NCBI RefSeq assembly: GCF_042660085.1
Contig: NZ_JBHSTI010000003.1
Coordinates: forward strand, 11,962 to 43,961
DNA length: 32,000 nt
Source: Longivirga aurantiaca
GTDB taxonomy: Bacteria > Actinomycetota > Actinomycetes > S36-B12 > CAIYMF01
Direction: 5' to 3'
Below the pieces are notes generated by a model, which saw only the letters and a program-made list of their open reading frames with translations, was not told where the DNA came from and ran no database searches. Within the stretch, counting starts at the first letter, position 1; each line of letters opens with the position of its first letter. Position numbers and translations under genes: made by a program. Shown here in pieces: positions 9,486-17,556 of this stretch.

Positions 9486-9983
9486 GTGACCGAGGAGCCG
9501 CGCGACCCCATCGCCGAGGCCCACCGCCAGTGGGTCGCGCACGGGTGGGAGGACGCCGCCGACGGCATGGCCGCGATCACCTCGCTCATGCGCGCGCACC
9601 AGATCGCGATGTCGCGGGTGGAGGCGGTGCTGCGGCCGCTCGGGATCTCGTTCGCGCGGTACGAGACGCTCATGCTCCTGCACCTGTCGCGGCGGCACGC
9701 GCTGCCGATGCGCGTGCTCGGGTCGCGGCTGCAGGTGCACCAGACGAGCGTGACCAACGCCGTCGACCGGCTCGAGGCCGCAGGCCTCGTCGTACGCACG
9801 CCGCACCCGGACGACCGCCGCTCGACCCTGGTCGAGATCACCCCCGAGGGCTCCGCGCTCGCGGAGAAGGCCACCGCAGCGCTGAACGAGCAGGTCTTCG
9901 CCGATCCCGGGCTCCCGGCGTCCCAGGTGACCAGCCTGGTCTCGGTGCTGCGCCGCTACCGCCAGGGCGCCGGCGACTTCTGA
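9486..9983 (+). CDS. MarR family transcriptional regulator
   Basis: MRVLGSRLQVHQTSVTNAVDRLEAAGLVVRTPHPDDRRSTLVEITPEG: typical MarR wHTH and wing. Confidence 0.92.
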   Translation: MTEEPRDPIAEAHRQWVAHGWEDAADGMAAITSLMRAHQIAMSRVEAVLRPLGISFARYETLMLLHLSRRHALPMRVLGSRLQVHQTSVTNAVDRLEAAGLVVRTPHPDDRRSTLVEITPEGSALAEKATAALNEQVFADPGLPASQVTSLVSVLRRYRQGAGDF

Positions 9984-10000
9984 CCCCGCGTCGTCGTTCG

Positions 10001-10062
10001 CGAGTTACTGCCCGAATGGTCGTTGAAGGGCATCGCTCAGCGACCCTTTGGGCAGTAACTCG
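10001..10062. repeat. 62-bp inverted repeat between convergent genes (terminator- or REP-like)
   Basis: Perfect 13-bp outer arms CGAGTTACTGCCC/GGGCAGTAACTCG; pairing continues inward (23 of 26 positions), loop AGGGCATCGC. Confidence 0.85.
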
Positions 10063-10077
10063 AGACGCCTGCCGGCG

Positions 10078-10938
10078 TCAGGACGATGCGGTGCGCAGGC
10101 CCTCGGCGTACGCCGTGAGCGCGTCGGCGGCCGGGCCGAGCACGTCGTCGCCGCTGCGGCCGAGGTCGGGCGAGGCCAGCATCGTGGAGGCGGCGGCGAG
10201 CAGCCGGTCGTAGACCGCGACGCCCTGCGCGAGCCGGCCGCGCACCTGCTCGGCGGCGTCCGTGGCGGCCGTCGCGGCGGTCGAGCCGGGCAGCTCGCGG
10301 CGCACCTGGTCGAGCACGGCGAGGCGGGCGACCTGCGCGGTGAATGCGGGCGCGGCCTCGTCGTCGGCAGCCTTGAGCTCCTTGCCGGCGTCCGGGTGGA
10401 GCGAGGCGACGGCCGGCACCATGCTGACGAGCTGCCGGCGTACGGCGGCCAGGCCCTGCGACTCGGTGAATCCGATGGCGTCGCGGCGCAGGTCGTCGGC
10501 GCGGGTGATGGCAGACATCGTGGGCGGCTCGGGCGGGGTGATCGTGCGCGAGCGGTGCCGGGCGCTGACGGCACGGACGGCGAACAGGGCCGACCCCAGC
10601 AGCCACCACCATGGTGCGCCGGGGATGACGCCGTTGTCGGTGGCGACGGTGGCGGCGTCGATGAGGCCGAGCGTGCCTGCCGAGGCGGCGATCGCGGTGC
10701 TGGTGACCGCGCGCGACCGGAGGTCGACGACGCGCTTCTGGTGCTTGGTGACGGCCTTGGCGTGGGCCTCCATCGCCTTCGCGTGCTCTCGGGTGGCCTT
10801 GGTGCCCGATCCCTGGGCGAGCGCGTACGCCTCCGCGACGTCGAGCCCCTGCTCGACGAGCGCGGTCACCCGCTCGGCCAGCTTGGCGACGTCCTTGCCC
10901 ACACCCCCACGGTAAGCCCGCACCCCCGCCCCGGTCAT
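10078..10938 (-). CDS. Hypothetical membrane protein
   Basis: MTGAGVRAYRGGVGKDVAKLAERVTALVEQGLDVAEAYA...GVIPGAPWWWLLGSALFAVRAVSARHR; start chosen at ATG 10938 inside longer ORF. Confidence 0.7.
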   Translation of the reverse strand: MTGAGVRAYRGGVGKDVAKLAERVTALVEQGLDVAEAYALAQGSGTKATREHAKAMEAHAKAVTKHQKRVVDLRSRAVTSTAIAASAGTLGLIDAATVATDNGVIPGAPWWWLLGSALFAVRAVSARHRSRTITPPEPPTMSAITRADDLRRDAIGFTESQGLAAVRRQLVSMVPAVASLHPDAGKELKAADDEAAPAFTAQVARLAVLDQVRRELPGSTAATAATDAAEQVRGRLAQGVAVYDRLLAAASTMLASPDLGRSGDDVLGPAADALTAYAEGLRTASS

Positions 10939-10965
10939 GCCCGATCCCCGACCCGGCAGTTTGCG

Positions 10966-11007
10966 ATGAAGGAGTCCTTCATCCAATAGACCCGAACAAT
11001 CCTTCCC
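10966..11007 (-). promoter_or_regulatory. Putative promoter/operator module, copy 1
   Basis: On the minus strand: GGGAA-N12-TCTATTGG-ATGAAGG-ACT-CCTTCAT, upstream of CDS starting at 10938. Confidence 0.65.
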
Positions 11008-11141
11008 ACCATGAGACAAGGGAAGCGGGCCCGGTCGGGGCCGGTCGTGCCCACGGCGTGATCTGTGCGGGTGTACGCATCCGACCAGAAGGCCCAGATC
11101 CAGTGCACGTCCGCCGCGGCAATCCGGCTCACGACGATGAT

Positions 11142-11183
11142 GGGAACCTGAGTACTGCTCTATTGGATGAAGGTCGCCTTCAT
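11142..11183 (+). promoter_or_regulatory. Putative promoter/operator module, copy 2
   Basis: GGGAA-N12-TCTATTGG-ATGAAGG-TCG-CCTTCAT, same spacing as copy 1, upstream of CDS starting at 11207. Confidence 0.65.
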
Positions 11184-11206
11184 GTGGAACCCCGTAGGCT
11201 CGGGGG

Positions 11207-12061
11207 ATGCCGGTGGAGAGCGCGGAGCTGCATCTGGACGACCCGGTGCTGGGTTCGGTCGTGCTGGACGCGGTCATGGCGGGGGCGGACGACGGCATCC
11301 CCGTGCTCCTGCTGCACGGCTGGCCGCAGACCTCCCTGTCGTGGCGGCAGGTCATCCCGCCGCTGGCGAGCTCGGGCTGCAAGGTCGTGGCGGTCGACCA
11401 GCGCGGCTACTCGCCGCAGACCCGCCCCGTCGACGTCTCGGCGTACGCGCTGCCGCACCTCGTGCACGACGCCGTCGGCATGATCGAGGCGCTCGGCTGG
11501 GAGAGCGCGCACGTCGTGGGGCACGACTGGGGCGCGGTCGTCGCCTGGGCCCTCGCCGCCCAGCGCCCCGAGCTCGTCCGCACCCTCACCGCCGTCTCGG
11601 TGCCGCACCCGCAGGCGTTCAACGCCGCGCTGAAGTCCGACCCCGTGCAGTGGAAGAAGTCGGCGTACATGGCGCTGTTCCGCACCGCGCCCGGCAAGGC
11701 CGCGCAGGTGCTGCTGCGCGACGGCGCGAAGGCGCTGCGCGAGGTGTACGGCGATGCCGTGCACAAGGTCGACGTCGAGCGGTACGTCGAGTTCTTCAGC
11801 GACGACGACGCGATGGAGGCGTCGCTGCGGTGGTACGCCGCGATGGGCGGCGACCAGTTCAAGGACATCGGACCGGTCGACGTGCCGACCACGTTCGTGT
11901 GGGGCAACGACGACGTCGCGATCGGCGCGCAGGCCGCGCGCGGGTGCGGCGAGTGGTGCCGCAACGACTTCGAGATGCGCGTGCTCACCGACCGCGGCCA
12001 CTGGATCCCTGACGAGGACCCCGACGCGCTCGTCGACGCGATCCTCGCCCGGATCGGCTGA
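11207..12061 (+). CDS. Alpha/beta hydrolase (epoxide hydrolase-like)
   Basis: PVLLLHGWPQTSLSWRQVIPPLA...VHLVHDAVGMIEALGW, VVGHDWGAVVAWALA nucleophile elbow, VLTDRGHWIPDEDPDA. Confidence 0.9.
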   Translation: MPVESAELHLDDPVLGSVVLDAVMAGADDGIPVLLLHGWPQTSLSWRQVIPPLASSGCKVVAVDQRGYSPQTRPVDVSAYALPHLVHDAVGMIEALGWESAHVVGHDWGAVVAWALAAQRPELVRTLTAVSVPHPQAFNAALKSDPVQWKKSAYMALFRTAPGKAAQVLLRDGAKALREVYGDAVHKVDVERYVEFFSDDDAMEASLRWYAAMGGDQFKDIGPVDVPTTFVWGNDDVAIGAQAARGCGEWCRNDFEMRVLTDRGHWIPDEDPDALVDAILARIG

Positions 12062-12139
12062 GGTGCAGAGGATCCCGCGGATGACGAGCCACGTGGACGT
12101 GCAGCGACCGTCGTACGCCGACGGCAGGAGGTGCGCGTC

Positions 12140-12970
12140 GTGCCGATGATGATGGCGGTGACGTTCACCCGTGCCGGTCGCCTCTACTACCTCGACGCCG
12201 GGGACGTGACGGCGAAGGTCGGCGACAAGGTGCTCTACCCGACGTCGTCCTCGCCCGAGGTGGCCGAGGTGGTGTGGGGCCCGGAGTGGGTCAGCGACGA
12301 TGTCGGCGGCCTGCCCGTCTGCGCTGGCAGAGCGGGGCAGGAGGACGAGCGCCGCGACGAGACCAACAAGAAGAAGCGCGCCGAGATCCAGGTGGCGGCG
12401 CAGAAGCTCATCCGCGCGTCGAAGCTGCCGATGAAGGTGAGCGGCGTCGACTGGTCGGACGTCGGCCACGAGTCGGGCCGCGCCACCGCCACGGTCTACT
12501 TCACCGCTCCCACCCGCGTCGACTTCCGCCAGCTCGTCCGCGACCTCGCGCAGACGATCGACGCGAAGGTGGTGCTCACGCAGCTGTCGGCGCGCGACGA
12601 CGCGCGCGTGCAGGGCGGGATCGGCTCGTGCGGCCGCGACACGTGCTGCTCGACGTTCCTCGTCGACTTCGAGCCGGTCACGGTGCGCATGGCGCGCGAC
12701 CAGGACCTGCCCGCCAACCCGATGAAGATCTCGGGTGCCTGCGGCCGGCTCATGTGCTGCCTGAAGTACGAGCACCCGATCTACGACGAGTTCCGCGCGA
12801 CCACGCCGGCCGTCGGCACCAAGGTCGAGACGCCCGAGGGCGACGGCAAGGTCGTGGCGCACGACGTGCCGCGCGACCAGGTCGTCGTACGCCTCGAGGC
12901 GGGCGGCAAGGCCACGGTCTGCGACCGCGCCTCGGTCTGCGCGAGCCGCGCGGCCTACGACTCCCGCTGA
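12140..12970 (+). CDS. PSP1 / RicT (YaaT)-like domain protein
   Basis: MMMAVTFTRAGRLYYLDAGD..., cysteine motifs GGIGSCGRDTCCSTFL and GACGRLMCCLKYEHPIYDEF characteristic of PSP1 proteins. GTG start at 12140 preferred (AGGAG at 12126-12130). Confidence 0.9.
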   Translation: MPMMMAVTFTRAGRLYYLDAGDVTAKVGDKVLYPTSSSPEVAEVVWGPEWVSDDVGGLPVCAGRAGQEDERRDETNKKKRAEIQVAAQKLIRASKLPMKVSGVDWSDVGHESGRATATVYFTAPTRVDFRQLVRDLAQTIDAKVVLTQLSARDDARVQGGIGSCGRDTCCSTFLVDFEPVTVRMARDQDLPANPMKISGACGRLMCCLKYEHPIYDEFRATTPAVGTKVETPEGDGKVVAHDVPRDQVVVRLEAGGKATVCDRASVCASRAAYDSR

Positions 12971-13146
12971 CCACCGGCTGCTCGAGCTGCTCGCGTGCCA
13001 TACGGCGTCACGCGCGGTGACGTCGGCCACCCGGGACGGCCCGCCCGTGCGGGTGACGGCGGAACTCGCGGCGTCGGCGGGGCGTCCCACCTTCGGAAGA
13101 TGGCAGGGTGGTCCTGCCCCACCGTCTGCAGTCCGGAGCCCGCGCA

Positions 13147-14733
13147 GTGACCTCTCGCCCGAACCGACTGTTCCCGGGCTCGCGCACCCGGCGTGTGCTC
13201 CACGGGTCGGCGGCACTCATATCGGTTGCGCTGCTCGCCGCCTGCACGCAGGCCCCGGACCCCGGCACGTCGGTCACGCCCACCACTACGCCGAGCGGCT
13301 CGTCGTCCGAGTCGCCGTCGTCGGGCGGTGACGGGCTCGCGCAGTTCTACGGCCAGAAGATCGCGTGGAAGGGCTGCGGCGGGTCGTTCCGCTGCGCCGA
13401 TCTCACGGTGCCGCTCGACTACTCCCAGCCCGACGGCGACACCCTCGCCATCGCCCTCATCAAGCTGCCCGCGGCCGACGAGGCCAACCGCATCGGCTCG
13501 CTCGTGCTCAACCCCGGCGGCCCCGGCAGCTCGGGCGTCGACTACGCGCGCGCAGCCCGCGCCGTCGTCGACGAGAAGGTGCGCGACGTCTACGACGTCG
13601 TCGGCTTCGACCCGCGAGGCGTGGGCAGGTCGGACGCCGTGAAGTGCCTGACGGACGCGCAGACCGACGCCTTCATGGCAGCCGACGCGACGCCCGACAC
13701 CCCCGAGGAGGTCGCGCAGCTCGAGAAGGACTCGAAGAAGTTCGCCGACGCCTGCGCGAAGAACTCCTCGAAGCTGCTCGCCCACATCGGCACCGAGAAC
13801 GCCGCCCGCGACATCGACGTGCTGCGCGCGGCGCTCGGCGACAAGCAGCTCAACTGGCTCGGCGCGTCGTACGGCACGCTGCTCGGAGCGACGTACGCCG
13901 GCCTCTTCCCGGACAAGGTCGGCCGGATGGTGCTCGACGGCGCGCTCGACCCGGCGCTGTCGAACAACGAGCTCTTGCACGGCCAGGCCAAGGGCTTCGA
14001 GCTCGCGTTGCAGCACTTCGTCGAGGACTGCGCCAAGCAAGCCGACTGCCCGCTGCCGCGCGACGAGCAGGCCGGCGTCGACCGCATCAAGCAGTTCCTC
14101 GACGACCTCGACGCGAACCCGCTCGCCACCGGCGACCCGAAGCGCCCGCTGACCCAGGCGCTCGCGGCCAACGCGATCCTCGGCTATCTCTACGTGCCGC
14201 CGTTCGACTGGGAGCAGCTGCGCTTCGGCCTGCAGCTCGCCTTCGAGGGCGACGGCTCGGTGCTGCTGTCGATGCTCGACGCGCGCGTGCAGCGGACCGA
14301 GGACGGGAAGTTCGCCTACAACCCCTACTCGTCGTTCCTGTCGATCAGCGCCGTCGACCGGCCGGACCGACCGACGACGGCGGAGTCGGCCGACATGGCC
14401 GCGATGTGGGAGAAGGAGTCGCCGGTCTTCGGCGCTTACCTCGGCTGGGGCACCCTCGTCTTCGGCTACTGGCCGGTCGAGGCGACCGGCACGCCGGGCG
14501 AGATCACGGCGCCCGGCACCGGGCCGATCCTCGTCGTCGGCACCACGTACGACCCGGCCACGCCGTACCCCTGGGCGCAGGCCCTTGCCAAGCAGCTCGA
14601 GGGCGGTGTGCTCCTGACCCGCGTCGGCGACGGGCACACGGCGTACGGCATGGGGTCGCCCTGCATCGACGAGGCGATCGACACCTACCTGGTGACCGGT
14701 GAGCCGCCGGCCGACGGCACCATCTGCCGCTGA
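13147..14733 (+). CDS. Secreted lipoprotein alpha/beta hydrolase (TAP-like C-terminal domain)
   Basis: Signal peptide with lipobox SVALLAAC; LNPGGPGSSGVDYARAA; LNWLGASYGTLLGATYAGLFP; C-terminal TPYPWAQALAKQLEGGVLLTRVGDGHTAYGMGSPCIDEAIDTYL. Confidence 0.9.
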   Translation: MTSRPNRLFPGSRTRRVLHGSAALISVALLAACTQAPDPGTSVTPTTTPSGSSSESPSSGGDGLAQFYGQKIAWKGCGGSFRCADLTVPLDYSQPDGDTLAIALIKLPAADEANRIGSLVLNPGGPGSSGVDYARAARAVVDEKVRDVYDVVGFDPRGVGRSDAVKCLTDAQTDAFMAADATPDTPEEVAQLEKDSKKFADACAKNSSKLLAHIGTENAARDIDVLRAALGDKQLNWLGASYGTLLGATYAGLFPDKVGRMVLDGALDPALSNNELLHGQAKGFELALQHFVEDCAKQADCPLPRDEQAGVDRIKQFLDDLDANPLATGDPKRPLTQALAANAILGYLYVPPFDWEQLRFGLQLAFEGDGSVLLSMLDARVQRTEDGKFAYNPYSSFLSISAVDRPDRPTTAESADMAAMWEKESPVFGAYLGWGTLVFGYWPVEATGTPGEITAPGTGPILVVGTTYDPATPYPWAQALAKQLEGGVLLTRVGDGHTAYGMGSPCIDEAIDTYLVTGEPPADGTICR

Positions 14734-14855
14734 CCTGCGGTTTCGCTCCCGTTCACGGGTGCAGCGGTCGGCCGCGAACGGCGTACGGCCGATTCGGAGG
14801 CATGGCCGGGGGTCGGGTATCGTTCCGACTCGTGCTCGCCGCCTGCGGCGACCAC

Positions 14856-14932
14856 GCCGCCTTAGCTCAGTCGGTCAGAGCGACGCACTCGTAATGCGTA
14901 GGTCATCGGTTCGATTCCGATAGGCGGCTCCA
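14856..14932 (+). tRNA. tRNA-Thr (anticodon CGT), CCA encoded
   Basis: Acceptor arms GCCGCCT/AGGCGGC, anticodon arm ACGCA-CTCGTAA-TGCGT, T-loop GGTTCGATTCC, ends T+CCA. Confidence 0.96.
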
Positions 14933-14967
14933 CAGCGCCACCTGCGGTGATACCGCCGGTGGCGCTT

Positions 14968-16110
14968 TCAATTGGGCTGGCTTTCCGGGTCACTCGTCCC
15001 CATCTCGTCCCCGATCATCGTGTCGAGCCTGCGAACGGCGCTGTTGAGGTGGTCGGCGGACAGCAGGTGCCCGTAGGTGTCGTGGGTGGTCCGGCTGGAC
15101 TGGTGGCCGAGCAGCGACTGGACGCTCTTGAGGTCGGCGCCGGCGGCGATGAATAGCGACGCCGCCGTGTGGCGCAGGTCGTGGGGCCGGTGACCGACAG
15201 CGGTCGTCCAACCGACGGCGCGCCTCCAGTTCGACTCGCTGATCAAGCCGCCGCCGGGTGCCGAGAAGAGCGGCTCATTATGGCCCTTGCCTTCCATGCG
15301 GGCGAGCACCAGCGGCACGGCGGCGTTGGCGACGGGGACGCTCCGGCGCCGGCGCCCCTTGGGGTACGGCTTCAGGCTGGCTTTGCCTCCGCCGTGGTCG
15401 TAGATGACGGTCCGGCTCACGTCCAGCGTCATGGTCGTCCCTCCCGTGACGGAGGTGCCGATCATGACGTCGCCGACGCGCAGCCCCGCGACCTCGCCCC
15501 AGCGAAGGCCGGTGAGGCCGAGCACCAGCGTGATGTCTGCCTGCGGGCTGCGTTCAAGCTGCTCCTGGTACAGCGCGCGGAGGGCTGTGAGCGTGAGGGG
15601 TCGTGCCCGCTGAGCCTGTTCATCTCGGCCGCGTCCGGGTGCGCGGCGGACGGTGACGTCGGAGGCGACGTTCTGGGTGATCCGGCCGTCGCGGGTGGCG
15701 AAGCTGAGCAGGGCCTTGAGCGTGGCAAGGACGCGCGTCGCCGTTGCCGGCGACAGCCGCTTGTCGCTGACCAGGGTGCGGGCGAACTCCTCGACGTCGG
15801 TGCGCCGAATGACGCCGATGGGCTTCTTGCCGAGGGTGGGCAGGATGTGGACGGCGAGTGCGCTCTGGTCGCTCTGGAAGGTTCGGCGTTCGACCTGAGG
15901 CTCGCGCACCGGCAGCCACTGCGCGGCGAGCTCGGCGAGCGTCGCCCGGCCCAGGGCGGGATCGACCCAGCCCGAGCTGTCGATGCGGGCGCGCTGCTGC
16001 CGCTCCCAGGCTTCGGCCTGGCGGCGCTGCGCGAAGGTCTGGTCGGCGACGACGCGGCCGCGGACCTTCACGCGGACGCGGTAGCGGCCCGCCTCGGTCT
16101 TGTTGATCAT
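14968..16110 (-). CDS. Tyrosine site-specific integrase
   Basis: GLTGLRWGEVAGLRV ... HRPHDLRHTAASLFIAAGADLKSVQSLLGHQSSRTTHDTYGH; located next to the 3' end of tRNA-Thr. Confidence 0.95.
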   Translation of the reverse strand: MINKTEAGRYRVRVKVRGRVVADQTFAQRRQAEAWERQQRARIDSSGWVDPALGRATLAELAAQWLPVREPQVERRTFQSDQSALAVHILPTLGKKPIGVIRRTDVEEFARTLVSDKRLSPATATRVLATLKALLSFATRDGRITQNVASDVTVRRAPGRGRDEQAQRARPLTLTALRALYQEQLERSPQADITLVLGLTGLRWGEVAGLRVGDVMIGTSVTGGTTMTLDVSRTVIYDHGGGKASLKPYPKGRRRRSVPVANAAVPLVLARMEGKGHNEPLFSAPGGGLISESNWRRAVGWTTAVGHRPHDLRHTAASLFIAAGADLKSVQSLLGHQSSRTTHDTYGHLLSADHLNSAVRRLDTMIGDEMGTSDPESQPN

Positions 16111-16210
16111 GGTGAGACTCCTGGAGCACGGTTTCCTCCGGTATCGCAGCCACCGCCGACAGCGGACAAGCAGTGGGCGCGCCGGCCTGTGGACGACACG
16201 CGGAGATCGC

Positions 16211-16444
16211 TCAGCGCTGGCGGTCGGCGACGCTGGGCGCAGCCTCCGTCAGCACCTCGCCGTCCAGCACCCGCCGAAGGCAGGCGGTGGGGATGCGGAT
16301 GAGCTTGCCCATGCGCACGACCGGGGTGGGCCAGGCGCCGGTGCGGACAAGCTCGTAGGCCAGCCCGCGACCGATGCCCAGGACGCTTGCAGCTGTGGGG
16401 AGGTCGACGAGAGGCGGGAGCTGCGCGAGTTCGATGTGGGTCAT
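16211..16444 (-). CDS. Excisionase / helix-turn-helix DNA-binding protein
   Basis: MTHIELAQLPPLVDLPTAASVLGIGRGLAYELVRTGAWPTPVVRMGKLIRIPTACLRRVLDGE; directly upstream of the integrase in the same orientation. Confidence 0.8.
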   Translation of the reverse strand: MTHIELAQLPPLVDLPTAASVLGIGRGLAYELVRTGAWPTPVVRMGKLIRIPTACLRRVLDGEVLTEAAPSVADRQR

Positions 16445-16534
16445 GGGCGTCTCCTGGCGGGTGGGTGCCACCTGGCAGCGGCAGGTACCACCAGGTGCGC
16501 GTCGAGAGGCCTCGACACGCATCGGCCGCTGCCC

Positions 16535-16727
16535 GAGTCCGTCACCGAGTCCGTCACGGACTCCGTCATCAGTGGACGATGGTGCGTGACTCCGTCACCA
16601 ACTCCGTCACCGACTCCGTCACGACATGGACGGTGGCGCCGGCGCTGTCATGGAGTCCGTCACCGACTCCGTCACGGCGTCAAGGGCGGTGCCGGCGCTG
16701 TCATGGAGTCCGTCACCGACTCCGTCA
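16535..16727. repeat. Phased 12-bp repeat array (GA[C/G]TCCGTCAcc) plus a 53-bp tandem unit
   Basis: Ten copies of [G/A]A[C/G]TCCGTCA at 16535, 16547, 16559, 16588, 16600, 16612, 16653, 16665, 16706, 16718. Confidence 0.85.
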
Positions 16728-16898
16728 GTGCGTCCATGGGCTCCCGCACGTTGAGGACCCCGACTCCGGCCGCGGCATCGAGGTCGTTGCCTCGCTGTTT
16801 GATCGACGCATTCGGCTTCGCGTGTTGTCCACAGGTGGGCACGTGACGTTGACGCGGGTTCGTTCGCCATCGGTCACCTTGGCGAACTGGAGGCCACC

Positions 16899-17261
16899 AT
16901 GGACGACGTCGACGATGCGGGAGCCCCCGCGCGGGCGGCGCTGGAGATTGCTTTGGTGGGCCTTCTGGCCGATCTGCGCCGGCACAGGCGCGACCACGTC
17001 GTGTCCCTCGGCGTCGTCGGCGCCACGGGGCGCCTGAGCGCCATCCTGCAGACTCTGAGCACGAGGACGACGGGCCACGGCGTGCGCTCCGGCGGGCCGG
17101 CCGAGCGCTTGGTGTCGGCGCGTGCCGCCGTGGCCTTCCTGGTCGACGACGCCGAAGCCTTGGGGCTGTCAGCCCACCTGCTCCTGCTGCTGGCCCGGGC
17201 GGCGCACGCTCTCTCGGAGGCCGAACGCGTGCTCCTCCCGGGCTCCTGGGAATCAAGCTGA
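16899..17261 (+). CDS. Hypothetical protein
   Basis: 120-aa ORF MDDVDDAGAPARAALEIALVGLLADLRRHRRDHVV...; no recognised family. Confidence 0.45.
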   Translation: MDDVDDAGAPARAALEIALVGLLADLRRHRRDHVVSLGVVGATGRLSAILQTLSTRTTGHGVRSGGPAERLVSARAAVAFLVDDAEALGLSAHLLLLLARAAHALSEAERVLLPGSWESS

Positions 17262-17556
17262 CCGGCGAGTGGACCACCCGACCGCTGGCGCCGGGGTATC
17301 CAGATACCAGTGTGTGCGGCGTTCTAGGTCTTGCCCGTGACGGAGTCGGCGGCCGTCATCGTTCGCCTTGTGGCTCGGCTCCTGACGCCCGCAAGGCGCA
17401 CCGCAACTGCACGAGGGGCCAGTTGACCGCACCGCTCGAGCCGTGCCGGGTTGTGACATCTGCTGCGGCATGGTTTGGGCGCCAGAGTGCCTGCTGTGGC
17501 TGCGGAATCGGGCCGCGACGGCCGAATGCTCCTTGGAGCCAGAGGAGTGGACGCTG

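Noticed and set aside
7308-9806. 832-aa minus-strand ORF in another frame of icmF
   Set aside because: Arg/Pro-rich shadow of icmF codons that also runs across the divergent MarR gene and its promoter; no domains.
6305-10213. 1302-aa plus-strand ORF opposite icmF
   Set aside because: Low-complexity, Arg/Ala/Val/Gly-rich product with no motifs, antisense to clear icmF; a GC-skewed shadow ORF.
12955-14637. 560-aa minus-strand ORF
   Set aside because: Antisense to the lipoprotein hydrolase, which has a lipobox and nucleophile elbow; the antisense product has no recognisable features.
16535-16727. Possible CRISPR-like array
   Set aside because: Repeat unit is only ~12 bp, there are no unique ~30-bp spacers and no cas genes nearby.
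16100-16846. 248-aa plus-strand ORF across excisionase and repeat array
   Set aside because: Antisense to the excisionase start; the repetitive SVTDSV/SPTPSP content simply reflects the DNA repeat, so I did not call it as a gene.
17295-17308. GGTATC-CA-GATACC palindrome
   Set aside because: Only 6-bp arms with no clear gene context; too short to interpret.
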